A DNA stretch of 64,000 nt. Source: Tubiluchus corallicola (taxonomy: Eukaryota > Animalia > Priapulida). The notes below the pieces were generated by a model, which saw only the letters and a program-made list of their open reading frames with translations, searched no databases and was not told the origin of the DNA. Shown piece by piece: positions 21,201 through 34,004 of this stretch (the first letter of the stretch is position 1; each line of letters begins with the position of its first letter). The translations under genes and the position numbers were made by a program. The stretch is from contig JAQGDQ010000198.1 in NCBI GenBank assembly GCA_030141605.1, forward strand, positions 62,001 through 126,000, given 5' to 3'.

Positions 21201-24200
21201 TTTAAAGCACAAGAAAACCCTCCACTTACATAAACCTTTAAAACTTCGTCTTGAAATTTTATACCACTAACATACTGCCTTTTTGCATTCAGAGCTTGCG
21301 TCGGCAGTAACACTATATAAAACTTGTAAATTTAAACTCCCGCGTTGACAGTTAGGCTCAGCCATTTTAATGGTAGGTCGTTTGAAACAAGTTTAGATAA
21401 CATTGCGTTAAGTTTGAAAAAATAATCAGAGCATACGTAGCACACATGTTGCTAACTAAGTAAAATTTTAAATTACTGTTTCTTGTCACTAAGATAAAAA
21501 ACACGTTTTTCGTTAGTGAGTGGTGCACTCCGGGAGGGTGAGCCAGCGACATTTTACCAATTGGCACGAACATTTTAAATTATTATTTCCAGTTACATAA
21601 GACCTTCCAGCAGGTAAGCGAAACGTAAAGTAATATAGATTTGCGGGGAAAGTTTTTAGGGACATAATTTAACATTTCCTTTTCCTCCTCTGATTTACAT
21701 TGTGCGTAGGTGACGTCATGTAATGGTGCGGTCGGAACAGTAGGGGGATTTAAAATGAAAACAAACAAGAATTCCTTTCAAAGCGAGTACGATATACGCA
21801 TAAAAATGCTGTAAAGTAATAAAATTTTTAAGGCGATTTTTCTGGCAGCTACTTCAGGTACCCGTTTCTTGTCCTTTAAGTCGAAGTTACTGAAACTGAC
21901 ACACGTACGCACATACAGTTCTTTTTTTAATTATATTTGAGATTCCAAAATAATTATACACACACTGTGCAGGATGCAGGCGCATCATTGATGTGCATAT
22001 GCTTCATGTTTTAAAAACAAGAAATTAAGATTCTGAGAACACTAGTGTTAATTTACGGATGTAATTTAAAACCTGATAGTATATCTCACAGAAAAACCGT
22101 GCAGAGAGATCTGTATTTTCGTATGTTAAGCCATTACCTTGGCCTAATTAATAAATTATGGTCGCTTCATTAGTATTATTATATAGGCCTAGACTAGCAT
22201 AATTCATATATAGATTAATTGATTCTTGCATTGAAATCTGTAAGCTCTAAGTGTGTCAGCATGTATTATTCAAGCCATTGCTGTTATTTTCAACAACAAT
22301 CGTGCCACCTACTGTAACCACGCAGAATTAATTATGCCAAGCCAATCGTTCAATATTGCTCATTAAGGGACATTGAGATGCATATAGTTTGTTGATTTTT
22401 GCCATAATGGGCTTCCCAGTACATTGTAAATTTGTAGAATCAGGTCTACCGTCGACTGTCACTTTCTCACGATTAATTTAGTCTAAATTCATGCATAGGT
22501 ATAGAGTTAAACATTGTAAAAAATTAAATGTCTAATTAACCGTTAAAACTAAATTATAATTTTGAATAGCTCGTATGAGCATAACTGTTTAAGTTTCATT
22601 TAGGAAAACTACATTATTACTTTAAATAACTAATACGACGTTTTGGTTTGGCATTTTTTCGTCTGCGTTTCTTGCTAGTTGCTACAGATGAATATCTGTG
22701 ATGAACTGATTTGTGTATACTTTTTTCCTGTAAAAATTCCTTTTGTCTGCCATCGTGATATTTTTATGACATATATGTAATATAGCAGAACAGTAAATTC
22801 GAGTTGTCGGCATCTCACTTAAATGGTACTTGTGAATTTCGCGTCGCTTGCCGGACAAGCCCACTTTCATTTTTTATCGGAAAATTTCGGAATGATTTAT
22901 ATCACGTAAGCGTCGTAAGCAAGTCGAGCATGAATCAATAATTTATTTTTAAGGATGCTTTCACATCTTCCCATCTTTCTACAAGAAAATTAATGATTCT
23001 ACTCTCACATTTACCGTAATTGTATTCGCAAAGAACTAAACTCTGTGGGTGCAGCAGTGCAAAGCAATAAGCAAACGCGCTGCTAAACAATTCTATACCA
23101 TTAAATCAATATTACAAAACAATAGTTCTCAAGCGTATGAAGAAACCATCGTATTGTACAGCAAAGGTAAAAAACGTGGTCGCCAGTTTATAATGTAAAG
23201 TATTTATTACATTTCTTATTCATTTGTGTAATTGCTGGAAAAGAGAGAGACCAGGGAATATGGATTACGAATCTTAAACCATAGTAGAGAAGCTTATGTC
23301 AGTAGTTGTTGGATTTGCTGCGCTGTCTAAAGCCAAATGCTTAGGATGACTTTGCTGTCTTTTCTGTTTCAGTTCTGCCAGAATTTTGTGTTCGCTAGCA
23401 TTAAAACAAAAACCTGAAATTAACTCCATCGATTGGTAAATTGCTACAAAAACTTGTTAGTTCTAACAAACGTACAGATGTTCTTTATCATGGAACATTA
23501 TATATCGTGAAAATTTATAATTGCCAGACAAGAGGCCAAGTATGTGGCGGATCCATCACGCGGTTAGCAGTCTTACACTCATATTATCGTACAAACAGTG
23601 AACACAAGAATTAGAGGCGTAAGTCTAAGCACAGGAAAAGTATACAATGGGTAGATATTCCAAGAACGTGCCTTTATGAGCAGAGCTAGGCACGCTAACC
23701 GCTAACAGGTTAAGTTTCCACATAATCGACTTCTTGTGACAATAAGATGCGTAATATCCATAATTTACGGTATTTTCTATTGCGAAAGGTGTTTTCTATT
23801 CCATATCTACTAGTCTTTAAGTTTTTATTTAAATGAATCAAAACGGAATGTTTTATTCAACATCGGATAAGGAGAATAAAATGCCAGACTGCCTGCATTA
23901 AGTTACTGGTATCCAAAACTGATTTTCAACAAAAACTAATTTTTATCGTCATTAAAAAACTTGAATTCAAAGACGCAATTTCGCGATAACAATAGACTAA
24001 ACTGGAAAACTAAACATTATCAGAATAGTGTTTACAGTTCGTCCTAATAATTATGAAAAATTGGTTTTGGGCTCGGACGCTGACATTTGTAGACTTAAGA
24101 CAACCGTGATCGATATTAATTTTAGGAAATTTAAACGGGAAGATATCATTAGTTGCGTGAGTGTGTTTTCAATTTAATCTGGTATCAAACTAGTGGAAAA

Positions 24201-27200
24201 AGTATGTTTTGCATAGCTAATCTTTTAATGGCACTCAGAAATTCAGCCAAACTATACAAATACTGGCTTAACTTATTTATTTATTTATTTATTTATTATA
24301 ATTTTATTTCAGACATATAAAGTCCTTATGAAATGCAATACATAAAATTGTATAACTTCAGATTTGATGCTTTGGCAGCCGCTAATCAGCAGAGATGCTA
24401 TTTGCTTTCTAACAACGCCTTCTTTTTCCTGCAAAGATTTAGATCATACTAATCTTATGCGTTAAAACTGACACGTTGACTTGCATGTTTTCCAGGAAAA
24501 ACGGACGAAGTATAAACCAGGCCTTAACCAAGTCAAAACAACAGCACATGTGACATAAAAGAACATCTCACGTAAAACAATCTCAAGCCTATGATGCAAT
24601 AATTGTTACTTCCGGCATTTGAATATTACATTGCATTTAGATAAGCCCTGTGTGCTTAGTTTTGGATAGTGATATGCCGCACATGATTTATTTACTTATT
24701 TAGTTTTCCATAAACTATTTTGAAAGATGGCTGTCCGACCTCGACCCAGTTCTTTTTTCGCCAAAATCTTCGTATATCTCTAGTTCTTTGGTTGATTAAT
24801 CAATAATCGTTATTAACAATAAGTCAATCATTGCATTTAGGCTCAAACCCATTACTCTTGGTCTATAACTCTCTGTTGTATGCATGTCTATTTATATTAA
24901 TAGCGTTGCTGAACATTAATCATTCTCGCATTAGCTATAATGAACTACGAAGTAACGCCCTAAGCTAAAGTATATTCCATAGATATTTATTGCATGGGTA
25001 AATCCACAAGCGTCTATTTACATGCTTGCGGGCAATCATCTGTCACAGCTATTTGTATTGAACAACCTACATCTCCCAATATTTGTGCCCATTAGGAAGA
25101 GCTACTGGGAATACTTGTTTTAATAAACATGATTATGTAATCAATACCTCTGGGACAGTTCTGACGAATGCTTGCGCGCTAAGACGCAAGTCTTTTCACA
25201 GACCCAAAATGAACTCCCTCCACTTACGCAGAACCATAGTGTACGAATTTGGGGACTGGTTGGGATGAGTTTCGTTTCACTGTTTATTTGCCAATTATAG
25301 GATAAACTTACTATGCCAAAAATGATGGACCCATTTTAGAGTGACACCAAGAGCTTCATGGTGTCGCACGATCTTGCTGGTAAAAAGAAATTCACTAATA
25401 AAGACACGGGCGGAAATACTGTTTTACCCCAAAACATTTTCCAGTTCCAACTGAGCACATAAACAGACAACGCTAAACCATCTTTTTAACAAAGACAATG
25501 GTATACGTCAAAAGTAAATAAATGGAAAGCAGTATAAGAATTACCCAGTGAATTTTTGTCACTTATTTCTCTGGCGATGGGAGAAAACCAAAGTGATTTC
25601 ACAGTAGACATAGAGATTTTTTCTTTATCTCCTAGTTAACACCAGAATTACAAGATAAACAGTAAAAGCTATAATTAACTAACAATTGGGATAAATATAT
25701 ATATATATAAGAAAGTGTCATGGGGTGCAGGAGAAAGGTGTAGCGAAAGACCAATAGGTCATCAAAGTCAGATACCCTTCTCAGATTAATGTAAATTATA
25801 ACAAAATTTCGTAGCGCTGTTATAATGTAGAGTGGATTATAATCACTGTTCCTGAAGATCTATAGAGGGAACAATTATGCATGAAAACGAGATAATTAAA
25901 AATACTACGTGGTAAGCAAACAATGTAATAATATGAAATAGTACTCAACCAAATCTGTAAATTATATAACTAACTGACTAAACTATAAAACAAGGGTACC
26001 AAATCAGATCCAACCAAAGAGGAAAATAAATTATAATTGAAGAATCAATAATGGAAAACAAAATATGCATGACAAAAGGAAACTAAATATAATGGAACGA
26101 ATTAATGAAATGATATTCTGTCAAATATGTCAAATATAATGCTGAATAAACTGTGGAACAAGAGAACTTATATAAAGAAATAGAGATGAAATAAACAAAT
26201 GATAACTGAATGACTAAATAGACTATGAATAAAGGAAGTGAAGGAACATGATATAATAGAAATTAAAGGTAACTTGAAACAACGAGCAAATAATATAATA
26301 ATATGAAGATATGAATGATAAAACAGAATATGTAAGCAAAAGTAAAAGTGGAACAGCAAAATATAATTTTTACAATGAATTTTATTTTTTGTTTTACTTC
26401 TATTTTTGCTTACATGTCCTGTTTTATAATTAAATATCTTCATCTCTTTATATTATTTGCTCATTGTTTCGTACTAGTGCTTTAATATGGAATGGATGCC
26501 ACCCTGATTTGTGATGGGTAATGAATGAGGAGAGGAGCACTGAGGTTGAAAAGGGTGAGGACAAAGGCTTAAAATACCAAAATTTGTCGGTAAAAACTTA
26601 ATAACATTATTGTAGCAATACATGTACTTTATTATGGTCATAACTTTATTATAACCTTATACTTATCATGGAGTCTATATTTTTAGACCTTGTTTGATTA
26701 CCTACTTACTTACTTACCTATTTAATTACTTAGGCTTACTTACTTACTCACCCACGCACTCATTCACATACGCATTCACACTCACTCACTTACACACTCA
26801 CGCACGCACCCCTCCCTCACTCAAGAAAACGCTTAAACTTTCATATCCGGAACACGTACAATAATCATTCTCAGTTTTAATACTGGATCTCATATGTCAT
26901 TCAGTTTGATCTATATTAAGTCAACACTTAACTTTTCTGACATGTCTATATTGAATTCTTGTACAAAGGCTTTATGTTTTCCGAGGTAAATTAATCTCAA
27001 GCTTCTTAGTCTTCATTTTGATTTTATGCGACGCCATTGGGAATTTGGCAGCAATTTAAAACTGTCTTTTAGAATTCAACAATAATAGACTCTGAATAAC
27101 TTCATTCGAGTATTTTATGCAAGCTTACGCTTTTCTTATGCAGTGAAAGTCTATTTAATAAGATTAGTTCCCAAATTTCTAAACGGAAAAATCGCTCATA

Positions 27201-28816
27201 TTGTGGATTTCACTAAAATGCAGCTAACAGAATTTTTGGTGAAAACCTGCCACGATATTGGTCAAGTCATTTCTAGTAAATGCGGATGATGAAATTCTCC
27301 GTTCTGTAAACACATTACTCTGTGTTGCAATACTAAAAACAACAGTTACAATGGTTAGTATGGCTGTCACAAAGCAGAAGGCCTTGGATTCGAGCTCCAG
27401 TGAACCACTAACTTTTTCAGGCTTTTATTTAGTAATGTTTTGGTAGTAGTAGAATAGTAGTAGTAGTAGTAGCAGCAAAATTTTATTTATTGTCAAATTT
27501 TACAAAAGTTAACATTAGCCGATGCCGATAGCTATTTTACGACAGGTTAATTATGGTTGCGGTTCACGGAATAGTAGTACAATGACATGGGCATACATAT
27601 GTAGTATTTAGCAGGTCGTAAGACCCTACAACAACTCGTAACAGCTGCCTAGCTGCCTACTCATACACACTGTAATCGGTAATCAGTGAAAATATGGTCG
27701 GTAATTGACTTCATAACCGCGAAAACAGTGATGAAGTATGGCACTTGAAGGAAACTCGATCAAGCAATCAAGCAGAAGACACACGTTCCTACATCAAATC
27801 AATGATAATCGAACTTTGATTCGATACTCGCAAGCTGCCGATGACAAAGCCCTGCAAACAAGCCTGTATATCAGATTATTCCATTAGAGCCAGACTCAAT
27901 CAAACACAAGGAGATGTTAGGCACTCAGAAGCCAGAAACACCTTGTGTAAATGGCAAGAACTGCTCGAAAAGTAGTGAACATTTAACCGCTTTAACTGGC
28001 CGTCATAATCAATTTCACATCACGTATTTGATATGATAATGTAAGGTTACAATTTGTTAGTTTCAAAATTCTCTTTGTGTCAATTTTTATTTGTTTTATT
28101 TAATGTTAACATACAAATAGATCCCATCACAAAGTTCATTAATAAATCTACAGATTTATATTACAAAAGAAAATTAAAATAACCTAACAGGTGAATAGGG
28201 ATTTGCTGTGTTAATACCGGACGATTGGCGACCGAAATTAAGCAACGCGGGGCCTGGTCAGTAAATCGGCGAACAACCTATTCTGGAAAGCTGTTTTGGG
28301 GTAGTTCATGCTACTACGCTGCTTATGGTTATATGTTTTTGGTTAAAAAGGGATATATTGCGAAATCGAACTGCATTACCAAAAAGAATACAAATGTAAT
28401 TTACTTAATCCACACCAGTTTCACTAAGGAATTGACTGTTTTTTGTATTTCAGTGTACGTACGTGTCATGTGTAAACAGCAAAGTTGCGGCATATGCAGG
28501 TGACTGGGAAGACATTGGTCAACCTCTTTCTTGCTTTTACAATCCCAGAGACTACAAGCAAGTGATTCGACGTAAACGGTTCACTCAGGCAACTCTGTTA
28601 CATTCAGTACTGTGGCCATCAGTTCTCATTGCAATAGGTGTAGTGGCCATGTTGTTGCTCAGACGCATGGCAAAGTTGAACTTTGGTGGGAAAACTGATT
28701 CATTCTACATTACCCCAACCCCAGTTGACTCAGGACTCACAGAGCGCGAACTCTCTATTCGACTTCGAGATGTTGTCACTGTGACGTCACAGTCTCCAGC
28801 TTCCAACTCACAATAG
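12233..28816 (+). CDS. KCNMB: Calcium-activated potassium (BK) channel beta-subunit-like protein, 2 coding exons, ~239 aa
   Basis: Exon 1 12233-12589 (ends GCT|gtaagt, phase 0) and exon 2 28454-28816 (tttcag|TGT). Two TM helices (AFICVFIVTCTVASALVICGCLVVKPY; LLHSVLWPSVLIAIGVVAMLLL) flanking a Cys-containing loop with KCNMB-type motifs YQPTEC, CLRILV, CTYVSC, PLSCFYNP..VI..K.FT...LLHSVLWP. Start ATG is the first in-frame ATG; frame is open further upstream. Confidence 0.85.
13929..14026 (+). repeat. Left copy of ~98-bp diverged direct repeat flanking the LINE relic
   Basis: ttatactcacac...catataaaggcctaaaaattgcggtttaaatgatatcggggcgaattctaggttagtttaaac aligns with 15358-15455. Confidence 0.7.
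14030..15357 (-). mobile_element. Degenerate 5'-truncated non-LTR retrotransposon (LINE; CR1/L2/Jockey-like RT C-terminus)
   Basis: Minus-strand translations MHLFADGTIL (15330-15301; decayed FADD), HLGLIFDSALNWNVHI (~15120-15073), KAFVRPVIEHGIVIWSN (14990-14940) in the expected RT/thumb order, interrupted by stops and frameshifts. Confidence 0.8.
15358..15455 (+). repeat. Right copy of ~98-bp diverged direct repeat flanking the LINE relic
   Basis: ttatactcatac...catataggcctacatattacgcctgaaatgatatcgcggtcaaatcgtagattatatttacac aligns with 13929-14026. Confidence 0.7.
16528..17074. mobile_element. Non-autonomous Tc1/mariner-superfamily element with ~100-bp imperfect TIRs and TA target duplication
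   Basis: Left TA|TAGGGTGTCGCAAAAGTCACTATACA...tttttaacaaacaa..aaatatct..aaagc; right end reverse-complement TA|CAGGTTGTTCCGGAAGTCACAGTACAC...tttttaacaaacaaagcaagatatttg..aaagc. (C)AGGGTG termini with flanking TA are typical of this superfamily. Confidence 0.7.
25734..25780 (-). repeat. Dispersed repeat: stem-loop of a retroposon 3' tail (copy 1)
   Basis: aaaggtgtagcgaaagaccaataggtcatcaaagtcagataccctt is a diverged copy of 63344-63389. Confidence 0.55.
26698..26822. repeat. Compound (TACT)n/(CACT)n microsatellite
   Basis: ttacctacttacttacttacc...cactcattcac...cactcactcacttacacactcacgcacgcac. Confidence 0.85.
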
Positions 28817-30330
28817 CATTGTTTTCATTTAAGCATCATCAATTGCCTGTGCACACTGAAAATGATGTAAAAGGTTTACTTAAGCGGTTTGTTTGGCGCG
28901 CCTGTACATCCGAATTTTTGTTCCTTTTTACAGATTAATAAGAACGGTATTGTACAGATTCATGGTATCTGCCTGTGTCAACGATAGTTACTAGACTGCT
29001 AGTATTATTTATTTAAACCGTAATCTCGTCAGTCAAGTAAAAGGCGTTCCTATTAATATTGTTATTTATAGGCGGATTTAATAGGATCCTGTCAGCGAAG
29101 ATACAAGTTTTTTCTGTAAATAGTCTTTGATTTTGCTATGATGTCAAGTACAGATTAATTGTACAATTTGTACTGGCTTAGCAGCACTTTTCCGGACATG
29201 AATATGTCCAGCTATATCGCTATGTAGACATAGTTATACCGAGAAATGGTTCAACAGGAGCTTTTTTCCTTTCCTGCCTAAGAATCGTACCATGTAAACA
29301 CCTGTTCCGTAATTATGATCAGCGTTGAGGAACGTAAGAAAAGATTCTGGCTAATTACTCACTCTAATTTTCTGTTTAATTTTTCACATTTTGGGTCAAT
29401 TTCTCACCTACAAACGAACCTAAGCACCTGTTCCGTAATTATAATGAACGTATTTTTTTCAACGTATTTGTTCTGAATTTGTGCTTTATATAGTTACTAC
29501 GCCAATTCATTGTTGTTAGGCGTAATTGTGTATCAATTGCCCACTAAAGCATATTTCTGAATGTTGTAATGATTGAATATGTGCAAAAAATATTTAGTCA
29601 TAATAATTAAGTTACGTATTAATTTTTCAAACGCGCATGCGTGTAGGATAGTAATTGTTTGATGTTTTGCAATTTATATGCATATTCAGCATGTTTTAAT
29701 TTGTATTCCGTATATAAAATTATAATATTTCTTTAACTGTTATAAAAGCTTGACGTTAGCTTTTGTGTATGTGAAACAAACCGTGAATATATATGAAATT
29801 AGAACTTTCGTACTAAAAAATTTCAATAGTAAATAATCACACGATTTAAAAAAACATATAGGTATGATCGTCTAAATCTGACCGAAAAAGACCTCACTCA
29901 AATAGTGGCTGGCTTCGATAGCTTTCCGTATCGCCTTTTAGTTTGGTTAGTTATTTTTATCGCTTCATGGTAAAAATTTTGTTGGGGCAACTCAATGTTC
30001 ACTAATTGGAATTCGTAGATCATGGAAGCAGCCGCTTTATCACTACTGTAAATCCAAAGAAGTTCCAAAAACAACATTTAGAGCAAAACGTATAGCTTAC
30101 AGCTTCCTCTTAACAGCAAAAGTCCAATTACTCAGACTGTTTTAATGGTTCTTGATATCAATAACTTACTACGTCTTGTCTCACTTCATCATAGCACAAC
30201 AAAACATAAAGAACTCGAACTTGCAGCAAATGCGAGTAACAATGACTGATTAAACACTAAATGTTGAATGTATGTTTCTTAATGTTTGTAATGAGAAATC
30301 ACTTATAGGGATTAATTTGGGGTGTAGACT

Positions 30331-30482
30331 CGTTTCCCAGCAAAGCTTTTGCCAGACCATTTTCCTCCGCCAAAAAAACTTCACAGAAAAGTTTTTTGCT
30401 AGAAAAAAATTCGCAAAAAGATTTTTCATTTCCTAGAATAGCCATTTCCCAGAAATTTCCCCAGAACCGTCATTTCCCAGAA
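30331..30482. repeat. Cluster of CATTTCCCAGA-like short repeats (likely transposon subterminal array)
   Basis: gtttcccagc, cattttcctc, catttcctagaa, catttcccagaa, tttccccagaa, catttcccagaa within ~150 bp. Confidence 0.5.
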
Positions 30483-31170
30483 AATAAAATTCACAATAAA
30501 TGTAATAAAATCTATTTAAAACGCAGTTACATGATGCGAAATAAAAAATACAGTAGTTTATTTTGAACTGCGTGTATTGATTAATACGGATTATACGATA
30601 AAAAAATTTGGTTAACTCGTTAAAGCAAGAAAGTAGATATGTAACGTCAGAACGATTATAATTATATCGAATCATGTTGATCTTTGTATACACGCAACAG
30701 TGTGTAATCAGGGCATGTGGTTGTATACCTAAGTGAAGCAATGTTAGGTAACTCCTTAAGAATCTCACTTTGGACAGTTCCTTGGAAGATGAGGATTATT
30801 TTAAAAATGAACTAGGATCTGATCCTACCATAAAAGGACCTGTAAAAAATCTTGTGAAGGAACATAATTTATTGGGCAAATTTAGAATCCAACATTAGGC
30901 TCAGTGTTTTCATTTTCTAGACTGTCTACTAAACTTTATTTCAAATCCTTTGAAAATCAATTAAATTTGAGGTTATTATACGGCAAACGATACAATGCAA
31001 ATTGATTCTAATTCAATGCTGAAATGAATTGCAATGCGCGGGGAAAATATCAACACGAGTTTGAGTGCTAAAAGTGCGGCATTTTCTAACAGCATTTTCG
31101 AACTCCATACATTGCGTCATTTTCAATGATTCTGATAGTCCTTAACTAATGCGCTATAAATAATTAAAAA

Positions 31171-31310
31171 CAGAAAGAGAGAGGGATAGGGGCATTGAGG
31201 AGGACAGAGAGAACAGAACAGGAATAGAGCAGGAGAGAGAGAAAAAGACGGGAGACAGGGAGGGAGAGAAGGACAGCGGAAGAGAGAGGGTAAGGAGGTA
31301 GAGAGGGAGA
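31171..31310 (+). repeat. Purine-rich GA low-complexity tract
   Basis: ~140 bp almost entirely A/G (gagagagggatagggg...gagagggaga). Confidence 0.8.
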
Positions 31311-32913
31311 CGCAAACAAAAAGAAACCGAAGGCTTTGTCCTACTAAAATAACAGAACTTGTAAGTAAAAACGCAACTGCGATTTTTCTATCGAAATTTG
31401 GCCAACTTCAAACTATTTTGATTGAAATAGTAGCAAACATTTTAATGTTTTTCAGTACATGTGCGCGGCTAAAATAAATTTGCCTATTAATTTTGTTTTA
31501 GTCTCCGTGCTTCCAGTCTAACAGTTCAGCTTCTTAAGCAGGATTATACCTGAACAAAGCTTTTCATCAGATAAGGCGCAACTTTCTTATCAAAGCAGCA
31601 CAGGTAATTACCCAGGTAATATATTATTTTCATTCGGCACGATAATAGTTACCGCCAAAAGAATTTAATTAAGTGTATGATACAGTGAATGACTACAGTA
31701 AATGTGAAACGCGTTAGTCCGACTATACGTTGCTACTAGAGGTTAACACAGGACTAATAATGTTTCTGAGACCAGTTAAAATTGCTTTTAAAATCTGTAC
31801 TAGCTGCTTAATTTACATCTAGCAAATATTTAATTTATACTTTTACATTTAATTTGATTGCTGTTGTGCTACTGTGATTGTTCGTGTCGATTTATGTTTA
31901 CTATTAAATAAACTATTAATATCAATCCACATGTATAATAAAGCACGAATGTGAACGGCTTTTCATTAGCTGGCACGTCAGCAGTTACAAGCAGCAGTCT
32001 TGGGAAACCTTGTTCAAATCACTACTACGGAAAATTTTCATCAAATCTTCACAATTGCGTATCTCACACGTAATCGAAAGATAATTACAAGTATTAATTA
32101 CAGCATACAATTATTAATTAATGTATCACTAAACTCACCAACAAAAAGGAAATTAAAACATTAAATATTTGTCTCGATAGTACAAAAAAATATATTAGTT
32201 TATTTTATTTACTCTTGTTTTCTTTAACAATTAGTTATTTAAAGCCTACATGAAATCAGTAAATTTGGCATAAAGCAGAATGTAAATAAAATAATTAATA
32301 ATAAGGAATGAGAAGCCAGATGATTATAAATAATAATGCAAATGCAAAGAAAATCAAATTTTGACTGTGCGAACTGATTAGCAACTTCCACAATGGGCAT
32401 TTACTTAAAAAACAATTAATCTTCTAGAGGTAGGAGTCGAACCTCTCAGTAAATGAATATTGCAGCTTACACTTTACAATAATGGAGCCCAACGAAAGTG
32501 TCTAAAAGTGAAAAGGTGTGTGTCATTTTCATCATATTTCTGTTTGTCCGAAAGTGCATTTAGGACCTATATATATATATATCTGGCTAAACAAGCTCCA
32601 GTATATTTGCTGCATAAAATTGGAAGAATATTATAAAAAAACAATTGCGTATCAATGCGCAGACAAGTGGGAAAAATAGCACCCAGTATCACAGAAGCTA
32701 AATTAGTCAGAAAAATTTTGGTCGATATGCCGATAACTGTAATGTTTTTTCAATATGTCAAGGAAATTCTTTACCAAAATAAAGAAAAGCGAAGCTCAAC
32801 CTTGAAACTATCAGGTTATTTAGCACTGTGAAATTATAAAGCCAAGATATATAATAACTCAGAACCTCCAAACAAAATGGATTACGTTTTGTTACAAACG
32901 TCGGTGTCTATAA

Positions 32914-33057
32914 ATTAAAGGCACGACTACCCCACTTTTTGAAGTTTACAAATGAGACGATTAAAGGCACGACACTATCCCACTTTTTGAAGTTTACAAA
33001 TGAGACGATTAAAGGCACGACACTACCCCACTTTTTGAAGTTTACAAATGAGACGAT
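32914..33057. repeat. Near-perfect 3x 46-48-bp tandem repeat
   Basis: attaaaggcacgac(ac)ta(c/t)cccactttttgaagtttacaaatgagacg at 32914, 32960, 33008. Confidence 0.95.
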
Positions 33058-33830
33058 CTACAGAACAGTAAACAAACAGTTAAAGAAAAAGCGTAACAAT
33101 GTTTAACAATCATCAGAGCTGACAAGCTGATTTAGAAAAGAAGCCGCAAGTTGGTAAGCAGCTCATCGGGTGATTATCGGCTAATTCAAGCTGGCATGGA
33201 CAAACCAAACCTTCCGGAGTTGAAAGCAATCAAGAAAATGTTTAAACCACAAGTGACATGCCGCCCAGAATACACAATGTTTGTCTTGTTTTGTTGACCA
33301 GTTGAATTCTTTAGAATTACTATCTCTGTACTACAGAATGTCTCAGCATTTATAGATGAGCTTCAGTAAATTGATTTTCTAAACAATAGCTACAGTAAAC
33401 AACTAAACTACATAGTTAAATTACACAGCGCTATTAGGAAACCACAATATGAAGATTTACAAATGAGCTACAGCAGCAAATAATACAATATCAAGTAGTC
33501 CATTAATAAATTCATTTAACTTAATATAAATACATTGTGGGCTTCATAAATCAGTTTATGTTGCTATAAGAACTCAACAACATGTATTATTAACAATATT
33601 TACAGTAGTAATTTGAATAAAAATGAAAAAGTAACACATTTTGAATTTAAATGTTCCTCTGTTTACTGCCGCAACTATATGCATATTTAAGACATTACTA
33701 AAGTTTAACATCTTTTAGAAAGGTTAACCTAAACAAATGAGAAAAGAAACAGTACAAACGACAAACTTTTACACTTTAAAGAAATAAACAGAGACACAGA
33801 AAGAGCACAAATGAGATGCGATGCCAGGCT

Positions 33831-34004
33831 TTAGCTTCGCTCCTCCGGGAGCATATTTTCGAAACTGGTAACTTGTCCCCTTTGCAACATGCTACGCCAC
33901 TTATCTTTCAAATTCACATTGGTCCTATGCGGAAATTTGCACACAGACAGAATTCGCCTCCACTGTCCTTCACCATATTTCTTTACAGCCTTAAAAAATC
34001 TAAT
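33831..34004 (-). CDS. TERF1/2: TRF last exon: telobox Myb DNA-binding domain (missed by ORF track)
   Basis: ttttccag|ATT AGA ... translates IRFFKAVKKYGEGQWRRILSVCKFPHRTNVNLKDKWRSMLQRGQVTSFENMLPEERS*; G-x-G-x-W and RT-x-V-x-LKD-K/R-WR are the telobox signature. Confidence 0.93.
   Translation of the reverse strand: MRFFKAVKKYGEGQWRRILSVCKFPHRTNVNLKDKWRSMLQRGQVTSFENMLPEERS

Noticed and set aside
28225-28503. 92-aa ORF overlapping KCNMB exon 2
   Set aside because: Different frame from the conserved KCNMB motifs and spans the intron acceptor; spurious.
32914-33057. CRISPR-like array
   Set aside because: Head-to-tail repeats without unique spacers, eukaryotic context, no cas genes.
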